From the NCBI GenBank assembly GCA_043228905.1, contig JBHGNT010000012.1:1860001-1924000 (forward strand): a stretch of 64,000 nucleotides of DNA, read 5' to 3'. This document shows, one piece after another, positions 13,825-28,100 of this stretch. Positions within the stretch are counted from its first letter, which is position 1. Every line of letters starts with the position of its first letter. This DNA comes from Azolla caroliniana. Lineage: Eukaryota; Plantae; Polypodiophyta. The position numbers and the translations under genes were made by a program. The notes beneath the pieces are model-generated. The model searched no databases and was not told where the DNA came from. It saw only the letters and a program-made list of their open reading frames with translations.

Positions 13825-14870
13825 TGTTGGCCGGCCAGAACGGCCAAGGTGTGAAAGGGCCATAGGGACAAGTGCGGGTCGAAATGGGGCTGGACAGGGA
13901 ATTGTAAGATAACGCATATAATATAATTAAGCAAGTAGTAGCGGTTCACGTTCTAAAAATGTAAACGTTCATGCTCCCTATAAAAAGGGACATGGAGCTT
14001 TGTAAAGGGGAATCGGTTGTTTTGAGTTAGTCGATTAATAGAAGATGTATTTGATATATTGTGTCTCGGTGTTGAGCATCTCTCGTCTTTATTGTGTATT
14101 GCAAGTCACCAGTCGATTGTAGCCGACTCGGTCCACAGTCTCCATAGGTACTACAACTTTGATTCGGAAATCACTTTAGGTAATGTGCCTCGTTCATATA
14201 ATCTGTGCATCGTTGCGCCAAAAGAACCCGTCCACGTTCTCGTCTCCCTACCACAAGACCTTTGAGTCTGGATATCGAAGGAGCGAGTATTCGAACCCGT
14301 GTTACTATAAGCCAATAACACGTTTGTGGCATGAGGCTGGTTGATCTTTGAAGACACAGGGAACAAGAGGGGGATGGATGTAATCTAGGCGATAGGGGAA
14401 CAAAGAAAAGGCAAGAAGAGGCAAACCACACACTCAAGCAGACTCTCGACATTGACAGCGCAACCCGACCCAATAATGACCAGCGGTAGAACAACTCGAT
14501 GACCAGACTCATCAAACCATCGGCCTTGATCGCAACCCACCAAGAGAGGTAGCGGACCACCAAGACATCGACACAATGTCGTACCCTTACTCTCGGTACA
14601 ATGATGAGGTTGACGTCGAGGTACATGTATGCACTTACTTAACAACGTGAGAAGCTACTAATCACATGTCACAACGACTAGTCGAGGCCAATACGAATGC
14701 GTCGAAGATCACTGAGTTTGGATCATCTCTGGAAAGGACAATTGGCAAACTAGTATTCACAACATGACCTAACGAAATTCTGGGACTTCCAACAATTGAA
14801 AGAAAAGTTTATCCGATTATTCCATCGGCGAATCCCGCAACGCGAAGTGATGAGTCGGTTCTATGCCTGA
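13825..14870 (+). mobile_element. Relic Ty3/Gypsy element: LTR-like segment followed by decayed gag
   Basis: Starts with TGTTG and has a TATA-like CTATAAAAAGG near 13979. Region 14705-14870 translates, with a frameshift and a stop, to EFGSSL/GQLAN*YSQHDLTKFWDFQQLKEKFIRLFHRR, a retrotransposon-gag pattern. Confidence 0.55.
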
Positions 14871-15399
14871 ACCCAAGGCATTCGGCAGTCGAACCTGTGT
14901 TACTATAAGCCAATCACAATTAGATGCAATGCACATAGAAGTGACACATCTAATTTGGTGTTGCCATTTGGGATTAGATTGTTGCATGATGCCATTGTTG
15001 CATGCGGAAAACGATAATGTATTGAAGGAGAAGGAAACAACATAAATGAAGAGGATGTCAAGGGTGTTCCACTAGGACAAAGAGGGCCTAAACTAAGTAG
15101 TCTAGACACCACTACACTTAGTTGCAACTTGTTACTTTCTTTTTATTGTTCATTAAACTCTTATCTTGCTAATCAAAATTTCCCGTTTGCCAAAATTACT
15201 TCATGATCATAATCATAATCATATGATTAGCAACTAGTTACTTGATTTTTTCCACCCACAAAGTACGAGTACTTGAAAAGCCATAATAAATTTAAAGATT
15301 CATTAAAATGATGAAAAAATTAAAGGATAAACTAATCATCTTTAATTGTCTCACCTAAATTTCACGTACTTTTATACTTTAAGATCTCGAATAGTTTCA

Positions 15400-15680
15400 G
15401 TTCTTGGATGCTTCTACCTCCCAACAGAAATTGAGTTTCTAGATAATTAGAGTTCTTGAACAAAATTGACCTACAACACGATTTGAGCTATCAAACGATT
15501 AGAGATCCCAATGAAATTTATCTCTTTGAATGTTTGAGCTCATGAATAAAATCTAGTCCTAGAGAATTTGAATCTCAAGAGATTTAAGCTCCTAAACGAA
15601 ATTGAGGTCCTACACAATTTGACATTCCGTGATGTGAGATCCCGAGAAGTTTGTGCTTCATGGACTATTTGAGTCCTAGA
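15400..15680. repeat. Degenerate short-period tandem repeat
   Basis: Recurrent ATTTGAGCTC / TTAGAG(T/A)TC / GAGTCCTA motifs about every 20-40 bp. Confidence 0.45.
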
Positions 15681-18600
15681 AAAACATCATCATATGGAGC
15701 ACTAGTGCCCATATCTCAACCAATCCTACTCACAATATTGTGATTGATGGAGGGCCTTTTTCATGCACAATCGAAAGAAATGCTAGAGAGAAACAATTGG
15801 GCAATTTGGATAAGGATCATTGATCATTGGATAAAATAGTTTGCTTTCCCTTTATACGAGCTCGATTATTGGAACCAAAATTTAATCATTCTATGGAAAC
15901 CTAATTTGGTAGATCACTTACGTTACGAACATGACAAATCACAAGTCTATTATGAATGACATCAAGATGATGAGGCATTTGATTCTCATTACATAGAGGT
16001 AAATGGTAACCTTCTTGTTGTGTATGCATTATGAAGTGCGCATAAGGAAATGAGGTCGAAGGAAGGGACCATTGTGACACGTTGTCGTGAAGATTTTCGG
16101 CAATAGTGTGAAAATCCCATAAAACGTACGAAATCGAGTATGAATCACATAGTACAATAATTGTGAAGATAACATTTTAAATAAATTTAATATCTAAGTA
16201 CAAAATGATGGAGGTTTCGAATGCACTTTATTACACGAGAAACAGACAACTAAATGTCAAGATATGAGGGTATAAAGTTTGTGAAAGGAAAAGAGAAAAT
16301 TGTGAGATATCTCACATAGGCACGACAAATACGGCTCTCATCATATATAAGGTGGAGCAAAAGATATTATCTTTGTGTCTATGTCTGGAGCATAGAGAGT
16401 TCAAGGTAACTTGAACTAAGAGTGGAGGTGGGCTAGCTACTCGTAAAGGGCTTTGGCCAACCAAAACCGGACCGGCGATGGAGCCGGTGATCCGGCGACG
16501 GCATCCGGCGAGGCACTGGTAACCAACGACGTCCGACGACTAGATAAATAAATATATAAATATATATACATATATAAAAAGAAGGATTTGAACCTTGCAC
16601 CTCCAAGTTAGGAATTAATTGGCTTACCATTAAGCCATGCTATTTAGATGAAATTATATTTCTATCATTGTACTTTTACATGTAAATTCTCATACATGAG
16701 AGCTAAAATGAGTGACATGGTTATCATGCACCACATGTAATACATAAGCGCCAAATGGCAAACATGCAATTTATGCATGTCTTGTACCCTCACATGCATC
16801 ATATGCATGAGAGCATCTATAAAAGAAGGAAGGGGGAGGAGAAAAAACACGGTTTTTTTATTATTATGAAATTAAGAAGAAGAAATTCGTTATCAAATTG
16901 ATGGTGTAACTTGTTTCTTAAATCTAAAGTTAAAAGTTCAATCAATCTCTCTCAATCGTTTAATCTCAACTTCTCTCTTTCCCAATCCATCTTAAGTACT
17001 TTCTCGCCAAAGCTTGTATCGACTTTGAATCCATCCGGTCCAGAACCCCGGCGGTTCCGCCTCACGATCCGCGCGTAGTGACGGATCTTCACGACAACGT
17101 AGAACTCAAATGCTTCAACTTCCATTGGCCCCGCATGATGAGTAAATACCCACCAAACATGAATATTACAATTATAGTAGCATGAGATCATTGTACAACC
17201 AATCATGTGGTCTCACTATTGGTTAGGCCAGTAATGTGTACAGATAGACGAACAAGCCCAAGATTTTTCTAAGAGTTTCAAAAATAAGTCACATGCATGG
17301 GTTATGGTTGAGAATATATAGTTCTTGACTTCTTGAACAAGAAAAAGATAGGGATGTGGTTATCATTGGAAGTAAACGCACAAGTAGTCATAAAAGTGCA
17401 ATAAATTGCAATTATTTTAGGTCAACATGAGATAGGGACATAACAATAACAATAAGAAAAAAGGAAACAAATGAAGTTCAAACCAATCAAATCATCATGG
17501 CACATGCCCTCAATAAAAAATTACACAAGGTGAGACCACATGATGGAAGAGGACTTGGTTTAAAAAGTATCTTATGGCCAATCTAAACTACTAGAGGATC
17601 TAAACTCCTCCAACATGAACAAAAATGGCATGCTAGTAAACCTAGTCAATCTAAATTGCTAGAGGATATAAGGTGTGTGTAGATTGTTGAAGTAAAACTA
17701 GGAATGGTTGATGGTTGGGTTCTTCCAAACGAGGCATGGGACGATAGTTAGTCATAAGTTTGAAGTTTATATGTTTGAGTACCTTATCTTCGTGATCACA
17801 AAATTATTCAACTAAGTGGCCAATGATAATGTTTTTGGATGATGTTCCTTATAAGCTTGCTAATTTCTAATGGAAGTTGGATGTGATGTCATTTACATCC
17901 AAAAACTTTATAAGGCATAGTGTATCCATGTCTAAACCCAAAAAATGATGCACGAGCAAGGTAGTTCCTTCATGGATGACCAATTGGTTGTGACTAAATC
18001 CAAAGCAGAGTATTACCTTGCACCATAATGAGAAGTCAATTGAGATACATTAAGCCAATAGCCCAATCCTCAAATTAGAACTTGGTAAAATGCAAAAACT
18101 TTGCTAGACATTAATTGCACAAGAGCAAATGCACAATAACATCGAGAGCTTTGGCATATATTTTCCAACATTTCAGATATTCCAACCAAATTCATATCTG
18201 ATGGGAAGAACCCAATGAGTAACACTCGAGAAGCACTTAAGGAAGACCAACCTCAATATAGAACCTTAGACCTAGATTAGGACAACTCAATGGGTCAATG
18301 TACATAGGGTGACACTCCAAGGGTTGGGAAAGGGCACTTCAGCTACATCACATGTTTGGGATGAGTTATTGGTGGCTAAAGCATGGCACAAAGGTGCAAC
18401 CCAATTCGGGTTTCCTAAAAACTTGCACCTTTGTGCTTGAAAATAACCCTTAGAGAGTACACATTCACACCTATTGCTGGAGTATCAAACCCACTTGAGA
18501 TAGAGAAACTACATAACAAGGACGATAAAGTATTTGTCATATGCTTCCAACAACCTTCTAAGATTAGCACTGGTGCACAACAAACTACGTCAAACAAGTC

Positions 18601-18723
18601 TACATGTAAATAAAAGAAGATAAGAGATAAAAAACCTAGAATACAACATTTTCTAATCACATAGAGCTCTCATTAATATTCTCTAATAGTGTGACACATG
18701 CAATATTCAGATGATTTATAACA

Positions 18724-21700
18724 TGTGAGCCGAATTGGTGAGCCGGTGAGCTAGGGAGCTGGTTAGCTGGATCAAGCAGTAACCGGAAGCCAAGTAGCAG
18801 CTAGTCTACTAGGGAGTTAATATCTTGTAGTTAGTGTCAGACGCTCATGTGAGCATTGAAGTACACCGTACTTTTGTTACTCCGTATGGACTTATATAAA
18901 ATTGTTCACTGAACACATACGATGTACAAACTGAGTAATATTTTGAATTGAGTTTTCTGTGTGCTCATTCCCTTTGGCTCTCCCGCGTACCGTGTATACT
19001 CTAAGCTCTCCATTAAACCTGTGTTTCTGTTTTCGGTTTTCCATTGCTTCCGCACGCTATTCTTTCACATGGTATCAGAGTGCGAGGGTTGAGAACCTCT
19101 GCAACCGACCTTAGCTCAAGAAGAAAACCTAACCTTTGTAAAGAACAGGAAAAACAAAATGGATAGAGGAATGGCTAGCTCGCTCCCGGTGGAGAAGCTC
19201 GACAAAACCAACTACGCATCTTGGTCTTACAAGATGCACCAGTACTTGCTTGGGCATGGATACTAGAGCTATGTCGACAGAGCTAACGACACAGCACCTG
19301 ATGCGGCACACAAGGAATTCCCAGCGTGGGAACAAGCGGCAAGCAGAGTGATGTACTACTTCGCGTCCAGTGTCGGAGACCAGCTGCTAAGTCATATCCG
19401 AGATGCCAAGATGCCAAAAGAAGCTTGGGGAAACCTGAAGAAGGTTTTCACCACAAGCACAACGGCTAGGAAGCTGCAATTCAAGTAGGAGCTCAGCAAT
19501 GTCTGATAGAAAAATCTGTTTGTGGCCGATTATACGGCCCGAATCAACGAAATTTGTGACTCACTTGCCTCCGTCAATGTAAATGTCGAGGAGGACGAGA
19601 TGGTGCAAGTGTGCCTTGGTGGGCTAGCGTCCAAGTTTGGAGCTTTCCGAACGGCGATCTATACGAGGGAGAATATGCCGTCACTTTTCGACTTACAGTC
19701 GATTCTCCTTGTAGAGGAGAACCACGCCGATGCGTCAACAAGTGCACCCACCGACAACCAGATGTTGTACACGGAGGCGGATCGGCCCCGTGGGCGTGGT
19801 GGACAAGGCGAGTCGGCTCGCAATGGTAGCGGCCGGCAAGAGCAGGACCGAAGGCATAGAGACCGTGCTAACAGTAGTTCCGAACACTCCACAAGTAGGG
19901 GGAGTCAAGGCGGTGCCGGAGGCCAACAACCAAAGGCCGACACGGAATGTTGGTACTGTGGTAAAAAGGGCCACCGAGAAAGCGAGTGCTAGAAGAAGCG
20001 CGCAGATTCGGACAAATCCGGATCCGACAAGGCCGGTAGAGAGAACCGGCAATACTCGCACTACGCAGAAGGATCGGGAGGATCCAAAATCGAAAAAGCC
20101 GGTAAAGGGCAAGCCTTGATGATGAAACACGAGGCTAACTCAATGAAGAAGACCGCTTCCGAATCGGAGGAAGTGTGGTATGTTGATTCTGGTGCGTCGA
20201 ATCACATGACAAGCCACATAGAGTGGTTCTCCTTCTTGGAGAAACCGGAACAACCGGGAGTCGTCAAAATCGGAGACGACACTCCTCACCCAATTGTGCA
20301 TGTCAAAGAAGTCCCTTTGAGCCACGTCGAATAGAGCGGGAGGCTGATGAACGTATTACACGTTACGACTATCACGAAGAACCTGGTGTTAGTCGGTCAG
20401 ATCGTTGACCAAGGGATGCAGGTGCGGTTTACGCACCTTGGGTGCTTCATCAAGGAAGAGGGCCAGATTATTGCGCAAGGGCGTAGAGACGAGAGGATGT
20501 TCATCCTCGAAACCAATGATGTAGGCATCGCTTTGTTCGCCAAAGGACAAAAGGTCGAATCGGACATCGACCTGTGGCACAAGCGGATCGGCCACATCAA
20601 TTACCGGAGGCTTCAAGACCTGCAAACGAAACAAGTTGTTTTCGGTTTGCCAAAGTTCAGTGGCCGAAAGGCCCAAATATGTGAAGCCTGCCAACTCGGG
20701 AAGCAACACCGGTTTCCATTCCCCACCGAATGAAACCATAGCCGTAACAAGCTCGACCTTATTCATTCGAATGTATGGGGACCGGCACAGAACGTTAGTC
20801 TTGGCGGGAGTCGGTATTTCGTCTCCTTCATCAATGACTACAACTGGCACACATGGATGTACCTCATCAAGCGGAAGAGCGAAGTCTTCGAGTGTTTCCG
20901 GAACTTGCAGAGCCTGGTTGAACGGCAAACTGAGAGGAAGATCAAGTGCTTGCGGTCAGATGGCGGAAAAGAGTACTTTTCCGGTCAATTCAACATGTAT
21001 CTACAACATATGGGAATTCGGTGCGAATTCAGTTGCAGATATATGCCGGAGCAAAACGGCATGGCCAAAAGGAAAAATCGGTCGATTGTGGACGCGGCGA
21101 GGGTAATGCTGGAGGAGAAGAGCATGCCCCATTTCTACTGGGCGGAGGCGATTCATACGGTCATCTACATCCAAAACCAGATCGGCGACAACGTGTCCGT
21201 GCATGAACTTTATTTCGGACGCAAGCCAAATTTTAGACACCTTCGGATATTCGATAACATTGCATATGTGCATGTGCCGGATGAGAAGCAGAGGAAGTTG
21301 GATGCAAAGTCAGAGAAGTGCATCTTAGTCAGTTACTCACATGAGTAAAAGGGGTATAAGTGTTATAACCTCGGGACGAAGCAGGTCCGAGTTAGCCGGG
21401 ATGTTGAGTTTGATGTTGCCTTACCAGCTCCGACTTCCGACCCCGACCCGATACCGGAGGATGAGGCTAGTGAGCCTGAACTCGCCCAGATAGAAGATGA
21501 AGACCTCGGCACTCTAGAAGAGAGTCTAATCTCATTTCAGTTAAGTCGGGATGACCAGTCGGATGAGGAACCGGCGAGTAGTGGAGACTCTGCCATGCAC
21601 TCCCCGCGCAAGGAACCAAGGAGACAGTTCACGCGCAAAGAGAAGGGGAAGAAGAAGTTGCCAAAATACGAAACCGGCAACGTTGAGTTGGATCGGAGCG

Positions 21701-24438
21701 AATCCAACTCCAGAAAGGATGAAGGTGGAACTCTGGGAATGAAGTCCGACCTGGCCAAGAAGGACCCCAAACCGGGTACTACCAAGTTACACCAGTCTTC
21801 CCGCCTGGAGAACCCCGTTATACGATACAGGTACAATGAGTACATGGCGCATCATTATGCGTACATGACAAAGGTGGCGGAAGTGCGTGAGCCGGAGAGC
21901 TACGCAGGAGCGGCAAAGGACGCAAATTGGCATGCCGCTATGGAGGAAGAAATGCGAGCACTTGATGCCAACGACACATGGGACCTAGTTGACCCTCCCC
22001 GACACTGTAAACCGATCGGATGTAAGTGGGTGTACAAAGTAAAGTACAATGCCGACATATCGGTTAACCGGTACAAGGCCCGGTTAGTGGCGAAGGGATA
22101 GGCGCAGACCCACGGAATCGACTACGATGAGACCTTTGCTCTAGTAGCGAAGATGACGACGGTTCGTGTGGTGCTGGCAGTTGTTGCGGCAAGGGAGTGG
22201 CATCTTCACCAGATGGACGTGAAGAATGCATTTCTTCAAGGAGATCTTGAAGAAGAGGTCTTTATGACCCAACCTCCCGGTTTCTAGACGGAGATGAACA
22301 AGTCGGCGGTATGCCAACTGAAGAAATCACTTTATGGCCTAAAGCAAGCCCCCCGAGCTTGGAATGCAAAGATCATGCACCAGTTGCGTAAGATGGGGTT
22401 TGCGGCCTCCAAGTCTGACTCTTCGTTGTTCATCCGGCAAGGTCCGGACGGTCCGATTTGTATCTTGTTGTATGTTGATGATCTAGTCATCACCGGACCC
22501 GGACTCGATGAAATCAGGCGAGTCAAGTCCCAACTATCGGACGCATTTGAGATGAAGGACCTGGGGGACCTTCACTATTTCCTCGGGATCGAGGTGATCC
22601 GAAACCCCGACGGCATATTGCTCTCACAAAGACACTATGTGTTGAATATGTTGTACAAGTTTGGTATGACAGAATGCCGACCAATCTCCACGCCCCTGGA
22701 CCGGAACCAGAAGCAACGTCCCGACTCCGGACCAGCCTGCGATGAGAAGCAGTTCTGATAAATCGTCGGAAGCCTCATATATTTGACAATCACCCGACCC
22801 GACATCAGTTATCCGGTCAGCGTGATCAACCAATATATGCAGAAGCTGACCGTGGAGCACCTTTTGTGCGCGCATCGAATTTTGCGATATGTGAGCGGCA
22901 CGAAGGACCGGGGACTATTATACCAACATGGTATAACCGAAGAGCTAGTCGACTACACCGATGTCGATTGGGCCAGCGATGCATCGGATCGCCGATCCAC
23001 CTCCGGCTATATGTTTTCCCTTGGTAGCGTGACTGTTGCGTGGAGCAGCAAAAAGGGGCCAACAGTGGCCCTCTCGAGCACTGAGGCTGAATACCGAGGC
23101 GCTACCGTTGCAACCTGTGAAGCGATTTGGCTTCGGCGACTGCTGCAAGACCTGCGGATCGAGGTGCCGACCCCGATCCTGATCTACTGCGATAACATAA
23201 GCAGCATGGAGCTCACCAAGAACCCCGTATTCCATGTTCGCACAAAGCACATAGAAGTACACTACCACTTCGTCTGTGAGCGTGTCCTGAGCGGTGAAGT
23301 CGAACTTCGATATGTTCATACGGATCGGCAAGTTGCCGACATCTTCACCAAACCGCTCGGATCAGACAAGTTGCAGCACTTCACCGAAATGCTTGGAGTT
23401 CAGCATCTCGACGTGCCACACTTGAGGACGAGAACGGGCAAAGGCAAAGAAACTGCCAATTGCGCCGGTGAGGGAAAACCTACAAAGGGGGAGACAAGAA
23501 GAAGAAAGGAGTCGAGTCGACAAAGGAAGTTGACACATCCAAACAAGTCAGAACAAAAGGCAGCGGCGATAGAGTCAAGAAGGAGAGAGCCGACTAGAAG
23601 AAGAAGGCCAAGACCCGGACATGGTCCAATGTGGTGAAGGGCCTAGAACCGGAAGACGAATCGGGAGCAACCAATTCGGACAAGAGCTGGAACAAATCGG
23701 AGACAGTCGATTCGGTTCATTAGAAGGATTTGGGAGAACCGGATCAATTCAAGGCCAAGAGGACGAGATGGTAGCAAAATTCGACGCCAACATGAAGGAA
23801 TTGGTGGGTCGACAAGCGCCGAAGTCACAGCAGCGAAGGAGCTGATTTGGGCTTGTTGACCAGACAAGCCGACCGAGGAGGTCGAGATGCGCAGAAACAG
23901 AAGGGTCGCGGCAAACGGGACCGGACCGGATGAGGAGCGCGAGCAAGGCGGAGTGACGCTAGAAGGAGCCGGGTGGAAGGACCGGTTGCCATGGAGACTG
24001 ACACTACGATCCGATCTCAAGTTGAGCTTGAGGGGTAGTGTTGAGCAGCAAGCTCAACCAGATCCGGATCGACTGAATAAGCCTGAGCCGGATCAGCATC
24101 CGAAAGGATGAGCCGGTGAGCTAGGGAGCCGGTTAGCTGGATCAAGCAGTAACCGAACGCCAACTGCAACTAGTCTACTAGGGAGTTAATATCTCGTAGT
24201 TAGTGTCAGACGCTCGTGTGAGCATTGAAGTACACCGTACTTCTGTTAGTCCGTATGGACTTGTATAAAAGTGTTCACTGAACACATACGATGTATAAAC
24301 TGAGTAATATTTTGAATTGAGTTTTCTGTGTGCTCACTCTCTTTGTCTCTCCCGCGTACTATGTATACTCTAAGCTCTCCATTAAACCTGCGTTTCTGTT
24401 TTCGGTTTTCCATTGCTTCCGCACGCTATTCTTTTACA
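18724..24438 (+). mobile_element. Ty1/Copia LTR retrotransposon, full-length, with several premature stops
   Basis: 5' LTR about 18724-19069, PBS TGGTATCAGAG at 19070, gag from ATG 19159 with CWYCGKKGHRESEC knuckle, protease WYVDSGASNH, integrase, RT LYVDDLVI, RNase H, PPT GAGGGGTAG, 3' LTR 24039-24438. No clean TSD. Confidence 0.95.
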
Positions 24439-24660
24439 ATGTCTTTATATTTGGTTTATTTTCATTCCATAATGCAACTTTTTTTTCCCAAAGAACATAT
24501 CCTTCCATTACTTTTAAAAAGGCATATCCATTACCAAATACAAAATAGATGGAAAGGCTACCCACCCATGGATCCTTCTTTTGATAGAATTGATTGAGCA
24601 TTTCCTCAAATTTCCCATTCTCAGCATATCCTGCAATCAATGCATTCCATAATGCAACTT
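24439..24660 (-). pseudogene. Pentatricopeptide-repeat (PPR) gene fragment
   Basis: Minus strand reads VALWNALIAGYAENGKFEEMLNQF, then VALWNE..KPNIKT, matching the PLS-class PPR consensus. No intact ORF. Confidence 0.65.
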
Positions 24661-25188
24661 CAATACCTAGGTTGTGTGATCGAGTACGAAGGTATGTTAG
24701 GGCTCGACGAGAGTTAATACTTATCTTAGTAATGATGTTTTGAATACAATCAATAGACCTTCTTGCCTTATATAGAACCCAACATTCGGGATTGATGCTT
24801 GCAATGTAAATATTCTAGTAGAGAGGTAGAGAGAGAGAGAGAGAGAGAGACTAACATTCTAATGGGGTATGATGGTAACAAGTATACTTCACAAACAAAC
24901 TCCTCGTGATCACAAAAGATATCCATAGGTGGTTCTTGTGATCCAGTTGCCTAGAGTGGTATAACAAACACAACAATTTAAGATCTGGTCTCCATAGAAA
25001 CTAACTAAAGTTTCACAAGAAAGGTGATTCTCTATCATGAACTTTCAAGGCAAATAATTTTAGGTATTTGCAACTTATTCAAATTTCTTAGCTAATGTTT
25101 CTTAAAATTTCAACAACTTGTGAGAGGGGTTGTGGGGCCAAGTATGAATAAATGAGAAAAAAATTGTTGCCAAAGCATATATGTACAT

Positions 25189-28100
25189 TTAGCACTTGGG
25201 GTAATCCTTAGGTGGGGGTGGCAACTTTACATTTTGACCATCCTTTACAATCCATACCATCATCATGCCCCATGATGTATGCATTTCAAAATGGCAATGC
25301 ATCAACCATACCCCTGGATTATCTGTGTAAAATCTTAGGGCGACCCATCCCCCAGAAGGTATCCCAACAGTGTTCATGGCAGGTGGATCCACAAGGTTGA
25401 AGCTACTTGGATCCTTCTCTGGATTATATGTCCCTATTCCCACACCAACCACATAGAAGTTATATCCATGCAAATGAAATGGATGGCTTTCAAAGAATAA
25501 ATTCTCTGTATTTTGTAGAACTAACTCCACATTGGTGTTCAAATCTAGTATGACTACTTTGGTGCCATGAATGGAATGAAGGTTCCAACCCTCCGGTGTG
25601 TTTGCGGTGTAATTGTATTGAAATTGTGGCATGCTTGGAAAATCCTCTTGATATGCATCATTTGCTTCTTGCAAGGAAGTGTCCCACATTATATGAGAAT
25701 CATTGGCATGCGTTTTTTCATAGTATGCCTATACAAGCACAAACCATTTCACATCATTTCAAGCAACCAAAATTCAAATAATAATTAATCATAGTAAACC
25801 ATCACTTGTATGAGATATTGTCACTAACCTGTAATATAGCCATGTTTGGAGTGGTAAATGTGACATTATTTACAGAAGTTGAAACCTTTCCTCCTTGTGG
25901 GCCTATACAAGTCTCTCCAACGGGGCATTCAGAAACAGAGTAACCCACAGTGAAGAAGAAGTTTTTGTCGATTGTCTTCGGCACCTCAGCTGGGTGATCT
26001 TTGGTATTCAAGCTCCTCAAACTCATTAGATACTCGTGGGCAAAAGAAGTGTCATTGTATTTTGGGAATGTTGGCAATTTAAGTTCAGAAAATGTGGTCT
26101 CAGGTGTATCATCATAGACAAACAATCCAGTTGTTGGGATTTGAGGATATGGGACAATGGAAGGATCAGGTGGTGAGAAAATTGAGGCAGCCATCATGTA
26201 TGTGTCAACCGCTTGATCAGTTGTGACTAGAACATCAGCGGTTTGGCCAGGTGCTAATAGTACCACATCTGTAGTATATGGCTTTGTTAACATACAATCG
26301 GTCTCCACCACTGTAAGTTTATGTTTTGCTATGTGAAAGTACATTTGGAAGTTCATAGCTGCATTGACGATCCTCAAGAGATACGTTTCTCCCTTTTTGA
26401 CCTTAAGTGTAACCACATCTACATAGTAAAAAAAGTTTAATTTAATTTAATAACCTTGCCTTCCTTTATTAGCTAGCCTAGACCTTTATTTATTAGCAGA
26501 TGTCCTTTATTTATTATTGGTGGCAAATCTAGTAGCCTACCTAGTCCTTTATTTATTATTGGTGAATGTTACCTCTATCAAACCCGTTGAGTAATTAATT
26601 TTCCTCTTTGAAATCAAGACAATGATGGACTCATTTAAGTGAAAAGCGTTACCTTGTTGCGAACAATTATAAAACAGCCCAGGTTGTCCATTAATGGTGA
26701 GTGCATCAGAAATATTATATCCTACACCAGAAGCTAGACCAAACTTCTCGACATCATTCACATCCATCTTCCACCATTCACCTAAGAAAAGTGCAAATAA
26801 TAATAATAATAACGTGAATCAAAACACATTAAACAATTTTTTGCCCAAGTTTGGGCATTGTAATCAATGTCATGCTATCTAAGGGAAGTTTAATTATTAA
26901 GTAGATATTTTCAATGCGTTATTATTCAAATTATTGTTGGGAGAGCGCCAAATGCTTAAAATATTTGAGTAAAAAATTAGCATAATGCAATGGTATATTG
27001 AACTAACATAAGTTGAGAATTATACTTTACCTAAAACAAGTGGAAAATCAGCCTTGGGTTGGATAGGGAATGGATAAGGTTTGCCCTTCATAGGAAGAAT
27101 AATGAAGGCCCCATAGACAGTTGCCCTTTGCCAACCAATGTGAGCATGCCAGAAGAGGGTTCCTTGATCTCTATAAACCGTGAAACTATGTATGTAGTGG
27201 TTATTCGGTGTTAATGGGCATTGGGTAATATATGCCGGTCCATCTGCCCAATTCGTAAGCATTTGTCTCACTCCATGCCTAGTAATAATAAATAAGAGAT
27301 AAATAGATATAACATTAATTGTGTATCTACAATAAATGCTTGTCCACATATAAGATTTCCTTTTGAATGATTTATTGTGTGAGAGAAAAGAATTGTGCGT
27401 TGATGTGGACCGTCGAAATTCTAGATATCTAAGAGAACTTACCAATGAATGGTAACATTTTCATTGACATGGTTGGACACTTTGACATTCACTTTATCAC
27501 CTTGCCGCACATAGATAGTAGGCCCAGGGAATTGCCCATTTACCGACAAAATTTGTTTTGTATCATTGCAAAAGCGTGTGACATTTAAATAGCTCACCTA
27601 CAAACCAATTAGTCAATATGAGTTTAAAATAAATAAAAAATGACAATATTGATTCGGTTTTTTTCATGTGTGAAATGCATATACAAACAACACACTAAGC
27701 TCAATCGAATTTTGGATTTGGTTGTGTGATGCAACTAGAACAATATAGGTTATATCATTAGAAATTTCAAACAATTTTCTTCAACACACCAACAATGCGC
27801 ACATTGTGTATTGAGGCTTTGTAATGAGCTTCGAGAGGTTATGTTTACCCTTTCCTCAAGGCATCTAGCAGCACAATTGTTGCACATGGTCTATGCAAGG
27901 AACAAGTGGGCCAAGTAGTTTCACACTAATATAAGGAAAAATACAAAGGATTTCTAGTGCATATATAAAACTATCGCTTGATTCTCTTTTGCTTAAATAT
28001 TGCATGGAAAATGAACCTAATAATAGGAAATAATGTTGGTTAACAAAAAAGAATAAATAAACCTACGGTGGTCACAACTCACTCATCTTGAGGGTAGATA

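Noticed and set aside
16433-17110. Helitron termini (hairpin plus CTAG)
   Set aside because: No A/T insertion context or matching 5' TC end could be identified.
17640-18610. Continuation of the Gypsy relic (protease region)
   Set aside because: Too decayed to recover any diagnostic motif by eye.
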